Shown piece by piece: positions 29,916 to 40,497 of a stretch of 64,000 nucleotides of DNA. This DNA comes from Patescibacteria group bacterium. GTDB taxonomy: Bacteria; Patescibacteriota; Microgenomatia; UBA8517. Numbering within the stretch: position 1 is the first letter of the stretch; each line of letters starts with the position of its first letter. The stretch lies in assembly GCA_035291665.1 (NCBI GenBank), contig DATDRP010000003.1, forward strand, positions 212,549-276,548. Reading direction: 5' to 3'. The translations under genes were made by a program, and so were the position numbers. The notes beneath the pieces are model-generated. The model did no database searches. It was not told the DNA's origin and saw only the letters and a list, made by a program, of their open reading frames with translations.

Positions 29916-30012
29916 ATTTGTCTTTATATAACTATTAACATAATTTATTATTATATCTGTAATCCAGATTACTTATTTGTCAATAATCAGGGTATTACAA
30001 TATTTAAATATC

Positions 30013-30099
30013 ATGAAAAAAATGTATCCCGTAGTTCATTTTGAAATGCCTCACAATAATCTGAAAACCGGCTTATCATGTATAAACCCATTTAAATAA
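30013..30099 (+). pseudogene. N-terminal fragment of a VOC family gene
   Basis: MKKMYPVVHFEMP resembles MTNRVVHFEIQ of the next gene. Confidence 0.55.
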
Positions 30100-30169
30100 T
30101 TGACGCCTGTTATTGTTAGAAGCGTTACATATTAAAGCGTCCTATAAAAGTTATAATTTGATTCACGGT

Positions 30170-30568
30170 ATGACTAACAGGGTGGTCCACTTCGAAATAC
30201 AAGCAGATAATCCCAAACGTGCTATAAAGTTTTACGAATATGTTTTTGGTTGGGAATTTCCATTATGGATGAAAAAACCGCTTTATTACGGAGTCATGAC
30301 AGCTTCAGTGGAAAGCAAAACCCAAGGCATTAACGGCGGACTTTTGAAACGACCCGCAAAAACTTCTCCAGCCAGGTACGGGACCAATGCGTTCGTCTGC
30401 ACAATACAAGTTGCGGACTTTGATAAAACCGCAAAAAAAATCCTCAAAATGGGGGGAAGGGTTGCTCTTCCTAAGCACGCAATCGCCGGGATTGCCTGGC
30501 AGGGATACTTTTTGGATACTGAAGGAAACACCTTTGGGATTCACCAACCGGATACGGATGCGAAATAA
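30170..30568 (+). CDS. VOC/glyoxalase family protein
   Basis: VVHFEI, FYEYVFGW, GINGG, DTEGNTFGI. Confidence 0.9.
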   Translation: MTNRVVHFEIQADNPKRAIKFYEYVFGWEFPLWMKKPLYYGVMTASVESKTQGINGGLLKRPAKTSPARYGTNAFVCTIQVADFDKTAKKILKMGGRVALPKHAIAGIAWQGYFLDTEGNTFGIHQPDTDAK

Positions 30569-30623
30569 TCAATATGCATAAGATTGATATAAAAGGGCTT
30601 GAAAAGGCCTATTCAGGAAGGGC

Positions 30624-30806
30624 GTGAAACCTTTTACCCCGGAAGCCAAATACCAAAGAGTGAATATGATTCCCCCCCGAAATGTAAGATCAAGTGCAAA
30701 TGAAAATCAACCGTGTCCACAATGCGGATTTCCGATCGGGGTTATTGCCGGAAGTAAAAACGCAATCTGTAATAACTGCGGATTCAAAGATCCCTGCTGT
30801 GAATAG
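30624..30806 (+). CDS. Small zinc-ribbon protein
   Basis: CPQCG...CNNCGFKDPCCE; start may be 30664 or 30667. Confidence 0.55.
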   Translation: MKPFTPEAKYQRVNMIPPRNVRSSANENQPCPQCGFPIGVIAGSKNAICNNCGFKDPCCE

Positions 30807-30877
30807 TCCTACACTTTGCCGCTCCTTTCAATGGAGAAGTCAAACCAATCGCTTCAAAAAATCGATATAATCTGGTT

Positions 30878-32209
30878 ATGGTAAAGCATTCGCCGATTAT
30901 TATTGTTTTTATTCTTGCCTTGATTTTACGCTTTGTATTATCCCCCACAGTCTTCCATGTTGATATTTTCAGTAACGCCGGCTGGGGAGAATGGATACAC
31001 GATAACGGTCCATTGGGCTTTTATCAAAATTCGAAATGGATATATTCATGGCCTACACAGCCACCACTTGTCAATCTTACTTACGGGTTTTCAAAAGAAG
31101 TATATGTACAAATACTTGAAATATTAAGGCAATCCGCAAATATAATCGTCAAATATCATCTCGCCCCCGGACACATGATATGGTGGTTTAATTTTGTTAT
31201 TTGGTTTGATAATCCGGTAAGTACGGAAATCTGGTATCCGTTGGGGTATCTTGTTTCAATAAAAGCATTTGCTATTATTGCGGACATTCTCATCGCAGGA
31301 GTAATCTATTGGTTTGCTAAAAAACAAAATCGCAGTCCGTTTCTTTGGACATCAGTCTATCTTTTCATGCCTTTCAGCTGGTATATATCGGGTTTGTGGG
31401 GCCAATACGATCAATTGGCATATCTTTTCGTATTAGCTTCTTTCATCGGCCTTGTCAGATTTCCGATTATCTCCCCCCTTCTTTTGGCACTTAGTATCTC
31501 CCTAAAGCCAACTTCGGCCATTTTTATACCTTTATTTATTTGGTTTTATTGGAAAAGAAGACCCGGTATATTGACATTTGTTGTGGGAATTGTGTCCGCC
31601 ATCCTGGTAACCTATTTCACCTTGACTGCGTTCACAACTGACAATGTGTTTGTGTTTATCAAGGAAGTTCTTATTCCAAAAATAATCTTTAAATCCGATT
31701 TCCGGGCAACAACAGGTGCATACAATTTATGGTATTTTATCTTCGGAGAAACTCCGACAAGTCACGATAAAAGTGTTTTATTTGTTCCTGCAAAAGTTTG
31801 GGGACTATTATTATATGCATTTATAAACGTCAAGACATTCTTACTGGTAAAAAAGCCCGACTACAAAAACATTTTGGCGGCGATGTTCGTGGTCGGAGCC
31901 GGAAGTTTTATTTCCTTGACAAACCAGCTTGAAAGATATTACTTTGCGGGGGTAGTAAGCGGACTTTTTGTTGTGATTGCGTATCCCAAACTATTCAAAT
32001 ATTGGATCCTTTTGGCAATTATATTTTGTCTAAATCTTTACAAATCCTGGCAGTATCCGGATCTACCGTTCCTTAAAAACCTGCTTTTTGAAAACAACTA
32101 TCTTATGGGGAGATTGATTTCGCTTGCAAATGTTATATTGTACTTTAAAATGTCAAAAGCGATACTTAATGATTCCCGGATATCAAAAAGGCTACTTCCT
32201 AAATACTAA
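30878..32209 (+). CDS. GT-C fold membrane glycosyltransferase
   Basis: HVD, QPP, WGQYD, LKP, ERY motifs; polytopic. Confidence 0.75.
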   Translation: MVKHSPIIIVFILALILRFVLSPTVFHVDIFSNAGWGEWIHDNGPLGFYQNSKWIYSWPTQPPLVNLTYGFSKEVYVQILEILRQSANIIVKYHLAPGHMIWWFNFVIWFDNPVSTEIWYPLGYLVSIKAFAIIADILIAGVIYWFAKKQNRSPFLWTSVYLFMPFSWYISGLWGQYDQLAYLFVLASFIGLVRFPIISPLLLALSISLKPTSAIFIPLFIWFYWKRRPGILTFVVGIVSAILVTYFTLTAFTTDNVFVFIKEVLIPKIIFKSDFRATTGAYNLWYFIFGETPTSHDKSVLFVPAKVWGLLLYAFINVKTFLLVKKPDYKNILAAMFVVGAGSFISLTNQLERYYFAGVVSGLFVVIAYPKLFKYWILLAIIFCLNLYKSWQYPDLPFLKNLLFENNYLMGRLISLANVILYFKMSKAILNDSRISKRLLPKY

Positions 32210-33010
32210 AACCGTATTCCAAAAATAACGTCTTAAAAATGGTAAATTGTCAACAATGAAGTCGTCTATCTTTTTAAGAAAAGTAAACACACCCCCTACC
32301 CTTCCCGAATCTTTCAAAATGTATTTCCAGTACCTGACTTCATTTGGGTTTTTCCTTTCAAATAAAAAATACCATAAAAAAATAAAAAGGGTAGTCAGAT
32401 GAAACTCCCTATGTTCAAATCTGGAAAACTTAAGATTTCGGAAGGATAAAACCAAATCGTAAGTTAGTGGTGTTTCGTAATCGGTCCGCACCTTTTTCGC
32501 TATCGTTCTATAGATATTAATAATCGGGTTATGGGCAAGCGGTTCGATAAATGCAGCCGTTCCTCCGGGCCTTAAAATCCGATAAACTTCAGCCAGCGCT
32601 TTTTTGGGATCAACATGATGCAAAAGGCCATTCCCGAAAACAATATCAAACGATTTGTCGTTGTAAGGAAGCTTATCCGCATTAACTACTCCGGCAAGTA
32701 TCAATCTTGTGAAACCATTGATCTTAGCCAGTTTTTTGACCAGTTTTATCATTTCCGGTGAAATATCTCCCGCCGTAACGCGGGCTTTTTTACTCGCAAA
32801 ATACAGGGAAGCATCCCCCATACCGCAACCAATATCCAGGATCTTTTTCCCGGTAACAGGCGATAACTTGGAATATGCGAACACATTCTCCGAAGATGTT
32901 ACGGATTCAAATGAAGCTTTATAATCAACCTCTTTCGGGATTATTAATTTTGCCCAGCGGTCATGGAAATCCGCTTCATATTGGTATCTTTTTTTTGAAC
33001 TTTTGCTCAT
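32192..33010 (-). CDS. Class I SAM-dependent methyltransferase
   Basis: ILDIGCGMG, DISP, FDIVFG, LHH, RILRPGG. Confidence 0.9.
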   Translation of the reverse strand: MSKSSKKRYQYEADFHDRWAKLIIPKEVDYKASFESVTSSENVFAYSKLSPVTGKKILDIGCGMGDASLYFASKKARVTAGDISPEMIKLVKKLAKINGFTRLILAGVVNADKLPYNDKSFDIVFGNGLLHHVDPKKALAEVYRILRPGGTAAFIEPLAHNPIINIYRTIAKKVRTDYETPLTYDLVLSFRNLKFSRFEHREFHLTTLFIFLWYFLFERKNPNEVRYWKYILKDSGRVGGVFTFLKKIDDFIVDNLPFLRRYFWNTVLVFRK

Positions 33011-33065
33011 ATTTTTAAGTAGTCTATTCTCTCATAGCCAGGGTTATATTAGAAGCAGCTTAAAA

Positions 33066-33254
33066 GAATTGATCCCCGGAGTCAGATTTGGGGATTTTCT
33101 TGAACATTGATGTGAAACCTCCCCGCCCTCTCGCTATCACTTTCAGGCGGGGTATCCTTTCGGATCCGTCTAAACGAGGTTACATTCTTAATTCAATTCA
33201 TCCCCATCCTTCGGCAATTGCCTTCAGATGGGGTATTCTTGAAATACGTATAAA
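33066..33254. mobile_element. IS200/IS605-like ends: a right-end-like hairpin plus mini-element copy D
   Basis: CCTCCCCGCC..GGCGGGG hairpin after TTGAT; CAATTCATCCCC..GGGTATTCTTGAAA..ATAA. Confidence 0.55.
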
Positions 33255-33266
33255 ATAATACGGACC

Positions 33267-34409
33267 ATGGAAAAACTGTCTAATTTATTCAAAAACAGAA
33301 TTGTATTAATTTTGTTCCTTTTCGTTATCAGCAGGACCTTGCTGACTATATTCGGTGTCGATTCACGAAATTTACCGCAATTTAAGAGTAATCCTTGGTA
33401 CGAATGGAAAAATTCTGATATCCCAGCGCTTGACATATGGAGCGTTTGGGATAGCTCTTGGTATCTGGATATTGCAAGAAACGGCTATAGCCCGGAACCT
33501 AAAACTGACATCCCTAAGTCTTGCTGCGGTCAGGCAAATTACGCATTCTATCCGCTTTATCCGTACAGCATAAGATTCTTGGCAATATTATTTAAGAATC
33601 ATTACCTTATCGGTTTGGCGGTTTCAAACATTTGTCTTTTAATTGCCTCATACTTTCTCCACAAGCTGGTATCAAAGCAATATAGCCGGGGGGTTGCCGA
33701 TGGGACATTAATATTTTTATATCTTTTTCCCACTGCTTTTGTGTTTTCCGGATTTTTTTCAGAATCAATGTTTTTGATGCTATTGATTCTTAGTTTTTAC
33801 TTTGCTGATAAGAACAAGTGGTTCCTGTCGGGGTTCTTTGGATTTTTGATGTCTTTAACCAGGTCGATCGGAGTTTTTGTCTCGATAGCTCTTTTGTGGG
33901 AATATCTCCGGCAAAGAGGATTTAATTATAAAAAATTGGATAAAAACTTCTTCTCATTCTTATTTTATCCCTTGGGTCCGATATTAATGATGTTTATTAT
34001 GTACCGTTTAACCGGCGATTTCCTGGCACACATCCACCTGGAACATTCTTCATGGGGAGTAAATTTTACCAATCCCTTTCAAACACTTTTTTCCACTTTA
34101 TTTATGAAAACCAACATCAGCATTATAAGCCTTTACACTTTTTGGCTGTTTGTGCTTTTGGCATTTAACTTGAAGGCTATAAAATTCAGTTATTTTATCC
34201 TAAGCATGATACTTCTGACTGCTCCACTTACAATCGGAGATGTCGGTATGGTCAGCATGCTTCGCTATTCGATTGTCGTCTTTCCCATCCCGTTGATTTT
34301 GGCATTGAAAATAAAATCAAATCTAATAACAGCCGCTCTGGTACTCATTTTGGCAATACTTCAATTAACTTTTATGGGTTTCTGGAGTAATGGCTTATTT
34401 ATAATCTGA
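33267..34409 (+). CDS. PIG-V/GT76-like mannosyltransferase
   Basis: WDSSWYLDIARNGY, AFYPLYP, FSESMF, TRSIG. Confidence 0.85.
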   Translation: MEKLSNLFKNRIVLILFLFVISRTLLTIFGVDSRNLPQFKSNPWYEWKNSDIPALDIWSVWDSSWYLDIARNGYSPEPKTDIPKSCCGQANYAFYPLYPYSIRFLAILFKNHYLIGLAVSNICLLIASYFLHKLVSKQYSRGVADGTLIFLYLFPTAFVFSGFFSESMFLMLLILSFYFADKNKWFLSGFFGFLMSLTRSIGVFVSIALLWEYLRQRGFNYKKLDKNFFSFLFYPLGPILMMFIMYRLTGDFLAHIHLEHSSWGVNFTNPFQTLFSTLFMKTNISIISLYTFWLFVLLAFNLKAIKFSYFILSMILLTAPLTIGDVGMVSMLRYSIVVFPIPLILALKIKSNLITAALVLILAILQLTFMGFWSNGLFII

Positions 34410-35533
34410 AAAAGTAATTTGAAAGTTAAAACGGTAAGTACGATTCCGAATATCCAGTTTGCATTAATCAATCCGGATAGCGGTCCAAAGTATAAAACGG
34501 CTCTAACCAAACTACTGTTCAGAACCGTCCTTGCTCTTAGATAAGAAAAAGCAATCGGAATAACGCTTAAAATAAGATCATGAGACAGAAGATGCGGTAA
34601 AAAGATCATTGTTGAGAGGATTGCCAGGGAATACTTCGTTTCCAAATATTCTTCCGGCTTTGACTTATGAAAAAAATAAAGACTAGTCAAATATAATAAA
34701 ATGTTCACCGCCATATAAACCAAGTTTTTGGTTTCTGATAATCCGAATATTATTTGTTGAAGAGGATACAAACTAAACATCTGATAGAAACGGCTTCCAA
34801 AATCGGCACTTTCGGTCAATCGTAAAAATCCTAAATAATCGGTTAAAAGTCCGGTTCCCCCTATTGAAAAGTTCACAATAAAAGCTAATGAGAGACTTAA
34901 TAAAACTCCTTGAGTAAAAGATTTCTTATTGCTAGAAATCAAAAAGATGTAGGGTAAAAAAATTAACAGCTGTGGCTTTATCGATAGTACTCCCAGTAAA
35001 AGCCCTGCAACAAATGCCTTTTGTTTCTTAATTAAATAGTAAATAGCTGCAAAAATAAAAAGGAAAACAGGTGTCATCTGACCCAAAAAAAGTGCATTTA
35101 TAACCGGCCAGAAAAAAAATAAAGGTATGAGAGTTCCCCACTGTAACCGTGGTTGAATTTCTTTTAGCAGATATAAAGACGCTGTAATTAAAACTAGATT
35201 TATTAATTGAACGATAAAAAAAGAAAAATTAAGCGGGATTCGTGTGAAGGGAAGATATAAATAGGATACAAGCGGAGGATTTCGGAATGGCAATAAGAAT
35301 TTTTTATTTGTTAACCCAGTAAGCGCTTTTTGATATGAAAACTGTGTCTCGGAATCATAAAGTAAGTTACTTTTGCCCGCAGAGATTATTTTTGCTCCCG
35401 TAACAAAACTCACAAGATCGGAGCCTTTTATGAAATTCCCGTCAGTATATGGAAGAAGGATAAAAATTGATATTGATACCGCATAAAATACAAATAAAAG
35501 GAGCTTTAAGGGTCTGAGGAGATTTTTTTTCAT
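34361..35533 (-). CDS. GT87 (DUF2029) family glycosyltransferase
   Basis: DLVSFVTGA, PFRNPP, LGQ, IKPQ, HDL. Confidence 0.8.
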   Translation of the reverse strand: MKKNLLRPLKLLLFVFYAVSISIFILLPYTDGNFIKGSDLVSFVTGAKIISAGKSNLLYDSETQFSYQKALTGLTNKKFLLPFRNPPLVSYLYLPFTRIPLNFSFFIVQLINLVLITASLYLLKEIQPRLQWGTLIPLFFFWPVINALFLGQMTPVFLFIFAAIYYLIKKQKAFVAGLLLGVLSIKPQLLIFLPYIFLISSNKKSFTQGVLLSLSLAFIVNFSIGGTGLLTDYLGFLRLTESADFGSRFYQMFSLYPLQQIIFGLSETKNLVYMAVNILLYLTSLYFFHKSKPEEYLETKYSLAILSTMIFLPHLLSHDLILSVIPIAFSYLRARTVLNSSLVRAVLYFGPLSGLINANWIFGIVLTVLTFKLLFQIINKPLLQKPIKVN

Positions 35534-35580
35534 CCCGGTAATCTACAAATGTCACATTATTAATTTTTCATACTGTTCCC

Positions 35581-36660
35581 TTACTCTAAATAGTCCTGAA
35601 GTTTCTTTCTTCTACTGGGGTGTTTAAGTTTACGAAGAGCTTTGGCCTCGATCTGACGTATTCGTTCACGCGTTACTCCGAATACTTTACCCACTTCTTC
35701 GAGTGTCATCGATTTCGTCCCTTCAAGTCCAAAGCGTAATCTCAAGACTTTCGCCTCTCTGTCGGAGAGGGTTTTCAAAACTTCTTCAAGATGGTCCTTC
35801 AAAAGCTGTTTTGAAGCTGCGTCGACCGGCGATAGCTGACTTTCATCGGGTATGAAGTCACCCAAAAAGCTTTCCTTGTCTTCCCCAACAGGTGCTTCCA
35901 GAGATGTTACTTCCTGGGCTATCTTAAAAATCTCACGTACGCGATCCGGTTCCAACTCGACTTCTTCAGCTATCTCTTCAGCCGTCGGTTCACGGCCTAA
36001 CTCTTGCATCAAACGCCTTGATGTCCGATATAATTTGTTAATCGTTTCAACCATGTGTACCGGTATACGGATCGTTCTCGCCTGATCTGCAATCGCTCTG
36101 GTTATTGCCTGGCGGATCCACCAAGTGGCATAGGTTGAAAACTTGAAGCCCTTTCTCCAATCATATTTCTCAACTGCTCTTATGAGCCCCTGATTTCCCT
36201 CCTGAATAAGATCCAGTAGCGATAAACCCCGACCGATGTATTTTTTTGCAATTGAAACAACCAGCCGGAGATTCGACTCGGTCAATTTATCTTTTGCAAA
36301 CTTATCTCCTTTTTCAAACTTTTTTGCCAGCTCAATCTCGTCTTCAGCTGTCAAAAGATTCACTTTCCCAATTTCCCGGAGATATTGCCTGACGGGGTCG
36401 GTTGATTCAGCTCCACCAAGCTTTGTAAGGATTTCTATTTCGCGTTCAAGTTTCTCTTTTGCTTTTTCTTCACTTTCATCCTCTTCGGCCTCGACCGACT
36501 CAAAAACATCAACCCCTTCTGAGATTAATCTGTCATATAAATCGTCAAGTTCGGAAATGCGATCTTCCGCATCGTTGAAGACATCCAAAATCTCATCCTG
36601 GGTAAGAAATCCCTGCTCGCGGGCGTGTTTAATAAGACTTGTTACTTCATTTCTCAGCAT
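35581..36660 (-). CDS. rpoD: RNA polymerase primary sigma factor
   Basis: [44 protein letters not shown]. Confidence 0.97.
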   Translation of the reverse strand: MLRNEVTSLIKHAREQGFLTQDEILDVFNDAEDRISELDDLYDRLISEGVDVFESVEAEEDESEEKAKEKLEREIEILTKLGGAESTDPVRQYLREIGKVNLLTAEDEIELAKKFEKGDKFAKDKLTESNLRLVVSIAKKYIGRGLSLLDLIQEGNQGLIRAVEKYDWRKGFKFSTYATWWIRQAITRAIADQARTIRIPVHMVETINKLYRTSRRLMQELGREPTAEEIAEEVELEPDRVREIFKIAQEVTSLEAPVGEDKESFLGDFIPDESQLSPVDAASKQLLKDHLEEVLKTLSDREAKVLRLRFGLEGTKSMTLEEVGKVFGVTRERIRQIEAKALRKLKHPSRRKKLQDYLE

Positions 36661-36890
36661 AATGTTGTTTGAGGAAACTTTTTTGTATTATACCTAAAAT
36701 TGGCAGTTTTGTAACTTTTTGGCTACAAAAAATCCCAAAAAAAATCAATTTAAATATGCCTGAAACAACGTAAAAAGTTGTGGTTTATGTAGTATTAAGA
36801 TTTTTTACTACAATGGTTTTCGGCAATACGGAAGAAGTATATATCTATTTAATGCTTACGGCAACCTCAACTATATAGTTTTCAAAAAAC

Positions 36891-38672
36891 TTAACGGTTT
36901 TCAGATTCGAGCCTGCGTTTTTTTTCAATTACCTGACCGAAACGGACTTTCATTTTCCGAAGCATATCTATATTTTTCTCTTTTTGATATTGTTTCATTT
37001 TTACAATGAGATCCGACTGCTGACTTCTTAGATCAATCAGCTCAATCTGGGTTTTGGAATCCTGATATTCTGCCTCGACCTGGACCGGAGTGTAACTGTC
37101 ATAATCAATAGAATATTTGAGGATTATTTCAGAAAACTGAAGTTTAATTTCTTCCGGAAGCCCCTGTACAAATACCTCAAGAGAAAACTTCTTAAGATTT
37201 TTATGGTTATTTATGAAGATACTGATTGCTTTTTTCAATACAGGCTTTGTAATGTATTCAAAAAAATCATTATCAATATACTTTTTCGGGTCCGATAAAA
37301 ATACCAAAGCTGTGAGATTTTCTTCAAGCATTGTGCGCCTATCTTTTTTGGCCTCCCCTCCCGGACCTTTGAGAGTCTCGCGTTTACTTGGTTTAGCTTT
37401 AGTTTTTTCCACCTGAGCAAAAACTGATTCGTATGGGATACCAATCTTCCCGGCAACAATATTGATATATTTTGCTTTTGTTATTTCATCTTCTATAGAT
37501 GAAAGCATCGGTACAAGCTCCCGAGAAATGTCCGAAACCCCCTCGCCTGAGCTCAAATCATACCTCTCAATCGTACTATTGATAATAAAATCATAAACGG
37601 GAACTGCATTTTTAAGCGCTTTTTTTAATGCATCGGGATCCGATCTGGCCATCTCATCAGGGTCCTTATATTTTCCTAATCTTGCGACCCGGATTTTCAT
37701 TCCCTGCACCTGCGCGATTTCAATTCCGCGGCGGGCTGCTTTGTTTCCGGCAAAGTCGGTGTCCAGTGCAAAAACCAGATTTTTCGTAAATCTGGAAATA
37801 AGCCTTACTTGGTTTTCAGTTAAGGCCGACCCTTTAATGGCGACTATGTTTTTTATCCCTTCCTGCCAAGGCGAAATTGTATCTATCTCTCCTTCAACGA
37901 TCACGCAACGATTCTCCTTTTTGATTTCACCTTTGTTAATATCAAGCGCATATAAAATATCCGATTTGTGATAAATGGGGGTTTCCGGAGTATTAATATA
38001 TTTGGCTAAATCGGAACTTGCTCCTGGAAGCGTTCTTCCTGAAAACCCGACAACATTCCCCCGATGGTCCTTCAGCGGAAAAACCACCCTTCCAAAAAAC
38101 CGGTCGAAGACCGTGTTCCCTCTCCGATAGGCAAGGCCGCAAAGTTCAAGATCTTTCGGACTTATTCTTTTTTTCCTGACAAAAAAGGACTCAAAAATTT
38201 TCGGATCGGTAGGAGAGTATCCCAGCTCAAATGTCTCAAGTGTTTTAACTTTCAGACCTCTTTCGGATAAAAGATAATTCAATGCAGCCTTTCCGCTTCG
38301 ATGCTTTGTCAAAAGGTATTGATAATATTTTTTTGCCAGTTCATTTATTTCAAGACAGGTCTTACGCTCCCGGTCGTATGAGGTGTTTCTTGGTTTAAGT
38401 TCAACGCCTACTTTTTCCGCCAGATACTGAAGCGCTTCGGAAAAATCCATCCCTTCGTATTTTTCCAAAAAGCTGATTACATCACCTGACTCGCCGCAGC
38501 CAAAACATTTATATATCCCCAGTTCGGGTGATACCATAAATGAAGGTGTTTTTTCGTTGTGGAATGGACAGTTCGCCTTGAAATTTCGTCCCGCTTTTTT
38601 CAGATCTACACGCTCTCCGATAATCTGAACAATATCGGCTTTTTGCTTTACCTCTTCAACATCATTCCCCAT
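36891..38672 (-). CDS. dnaG: DNA primase
   Basis: CPFH..CFGC zinc finger, KYINTPET, VEGEID, DTD TOPRIM. Confidence 0.97.
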   Translation of the reverse strand: MGNDVEEVKQKADIVQIIGERVDLKKAGRNFKANCPFHNEKTPSFMVSPELGIYKCFGCGESGDVISFLEKYEGMDFSEALQYLAEKVGVELKPRNTSYDRERKTCLEINELAKKYYQYLLTKHRSGKAALNYLLSERGLKVKTLETFELGYSPTDPKIFESFFVRKKRISPKDLELCGLAYRRGNTVFDRFFGRVVFPLKDHRGNVVGFSGRTLPGASSDLAKYINTPETPIYHKSDILYALDINKGEIKKENRCVIVEGEIDTISPWQEGIKNIVAIKGSALTENQVRLISRFTKNLVFALDTDFAGNKAARRGIEIAQVQGMKIRVARLGKYKDPDEMARSDPDALKKALKNAVPVYDFIINSTIERYDLSSGEGVSDISRELVPMLSSIEDEITKAKYINIVAGKIGIPYESVFAQVEKTKAKPSKRETLKGPGGEAKKDRRTMLEENLTALVFLSDPKKYIDNDFFEYITKPVLKKAISIFINNHKNLKKFSLEVFVQGLPEEIKLQFSEIILKYSIDYDSYTPVQVEAEYQDSKTQIELIDLRSQQSDLIVKMKQYQKEKNIDMLRKMKVRFGQVIEKKRRLESENR

Positions 38673-38721
38673 ACTTTTGCCCAATTATATACCCCTCCCC
38701 TTTGAAAAGGAGAGTGAAGCA

Positions 38722-40389
38722 CTAGATTCTTTCGAGTCCGGGTTTTTTGTAAATTTGAGCTTCTTTGTCTTCATGCACCAACACCCAGCCTGATTTTTTT
38801 AAGGAGTCAATAAAATTGAACTTTTGTTCATCCGCCTTCACTAACTTTCTCACAACTTTTTCGATGTAATTCAAAGATGTCTCTTCTTCTTTCGGCCATA
38901 AGACAGTATCTATACCGTACTTTTCCGACACTTCGGAAAAATTAAGTTTTCCATCTTTAATTGCATTATAATCATCAAACGCGGAAGACGACTCATGATT
39001 ATTTGGCGGATTAAATCTCCAGCTCGGCATTCTTCCGTCTACAAAAACTCTTTTTTGAGGCAACTGCCAAATAAGATAACCTCCCCAGCCATAGCTGGAA
39101 AATATTTCACCACCGGGTAAATTATTTTTTAATATTGCTACAGCCTCAACCGGATAGTACCCCCCTTCGTCAGTCGGTAGCAATACTCTCCAAACGGAAA
39201 AAATTGATTGGAATAAAAATATGCCAACTGCGATCACTAAAAAATATTTATAGACGACCCAGAAACGGGCTTTTACAAAAGTCTTTTTAGAATAATCTTC
39301 ATACAATTCTCTGATCAAATCGGCTGAAATCGGTAGAGAATATAATACCCAAAAAGGGAAATTTCTGCGGCTGGAAAGTGCAAATAGAAAAATTATAAAA
39401 AATAAAATGAGTTTTTCTATTGCTAAGGATTTTCTTTTCAAAAAGACCGTTATCGAAACAATCGCCAAATAAAAAGCCACCGATAGATCAAAATAAGTAA
39501 GAGACGGAAGCCACTCTGCTATTTTGAAACGTAAGCTTGAATCGGAAATTGAGGAATAGACTTCTTTCACACTCCCTATTCCATATGGGTTTACCAATAT
39601 GACGCCTGTTGAAAGGATCAGAATAAATAAATTTGTTAAATTCTTTTTGTTTAATAGCTTTCGTCCTGATGAAAAATCTCTGACAAATTCAATAAAGATG
39701 GTGTAGTAAAGAACAAATAGTCCAAGTGCGTACCCGCCGTGAAGATTTGCCCACAAAAGAAAGGTGAGAGGTAGAAAATATTTATACTTCTCAAAGATCG
39801 CTTTTGAAGACGTCAGATATAAAACTCCCGAAAACATGAGCCATGTCGCAATCTGGGCCCGGATTGAAAAGAATGGAAGTAATATTGCCAATGCCAAAAT
39901 AACTAACGGGTGTCCGAAAAGCCACAATCCGGAAGTCGGACGAATTGAAAATTTTCTCAACCGAAGCGGATTCCCGGTTCTGAAAGCGATAATTATAGCT
40001 GCAACGAGAGCTGTTACCGTAACAACTGTAAGAAGTGTTTTTCCAAAAACCGGGTAGGTTAAGCCGATAAAAAGACTTACAAGCCAAGCATGATCAACAA
40101 ACGGATAGCTTGGCATGGTATATGAAAAAGGATCCGTAAAAGTGAAGCCGTTATTTAATATATACTGTCCGTTTCGCAACCTCCAGCCAAAATCCGGATC
40201 CAAAAATATTTGAGCCTTGGTAACAAAAGTCAGAACAATAAAAATTACAAAAAGAAAGTATATCGGTTTTTGATATTTTACAAAAAAACTCACCAACGAC
40301 TCATTGAATCTGGTGATTTCTTTCCCTACCGAAGAGTTGACCGAAAATATTTTCCCGATAATTCTGGGTATGGAATACATAAGTTTCAT
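38722..40389 (-). CDS. GT-C-like polytopic membrane protein
   Basis: DPDFGW, DPFSYT, WANLHGG, WGGYLIW, FVDGR. Confidence 0.7.
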   Translation of the reverse strand: MKLMYSIPRIIGKIFSVNSSVGKEITRFNESLVSFFVKYQKPIYFLFVIFIVLTFVTKAQIFLDPDFGWRLRNGQYILNNGFTFTDPFSYTMPSYPFVDHAWLVSLFIGLTYPVFGKTLLTVVTVTALVAAIIIAFRTGNPLRLRKFSIRPTSGLWLFGHPLVILALAILLPFFSIRAQIATWLMFSGVLYLTSSKAIFEKYKYFLPLTFLLWANLHGGYALGLFVLYYTIFIEFVRDFSSGRKLLNKKNLTNLFILILSTGVILVNPYGIGSVKEVYSSISDSSLRFKIAEWLPSLTYFDLSVAFYLAIVSITVFLKRKSLAIEKLILFFIIFLFALSSRRNFPFWVLYSLPISADLIRELYEDYSKKTFVKARFWVVYKYFLVIAVGIFLFQSIFSVWRVLLPTDEGGYYPVEAVAILKNNLPGGEIFSSYGWGGYLIWQLPQKRVFVDGRMPSWRFNPPNNHESSSAFDDYNAIKDGKLNFSEVSEKYGIDTVLWPKEEETSLNYIEKVVRKLVKADEQKFNFIDSLKKSGWVLVHEDKEAQIYKKPGLERI

Positions 40390-40497
40390 TTTACTATGGA
40401 TTTAATGATGCCCCAAATTGTGATATATATTCAATTTCATACCCCAACCTGCACTCAGCGGTGGAATATTTCTCTTCACAACAGGTAAAATACAATA

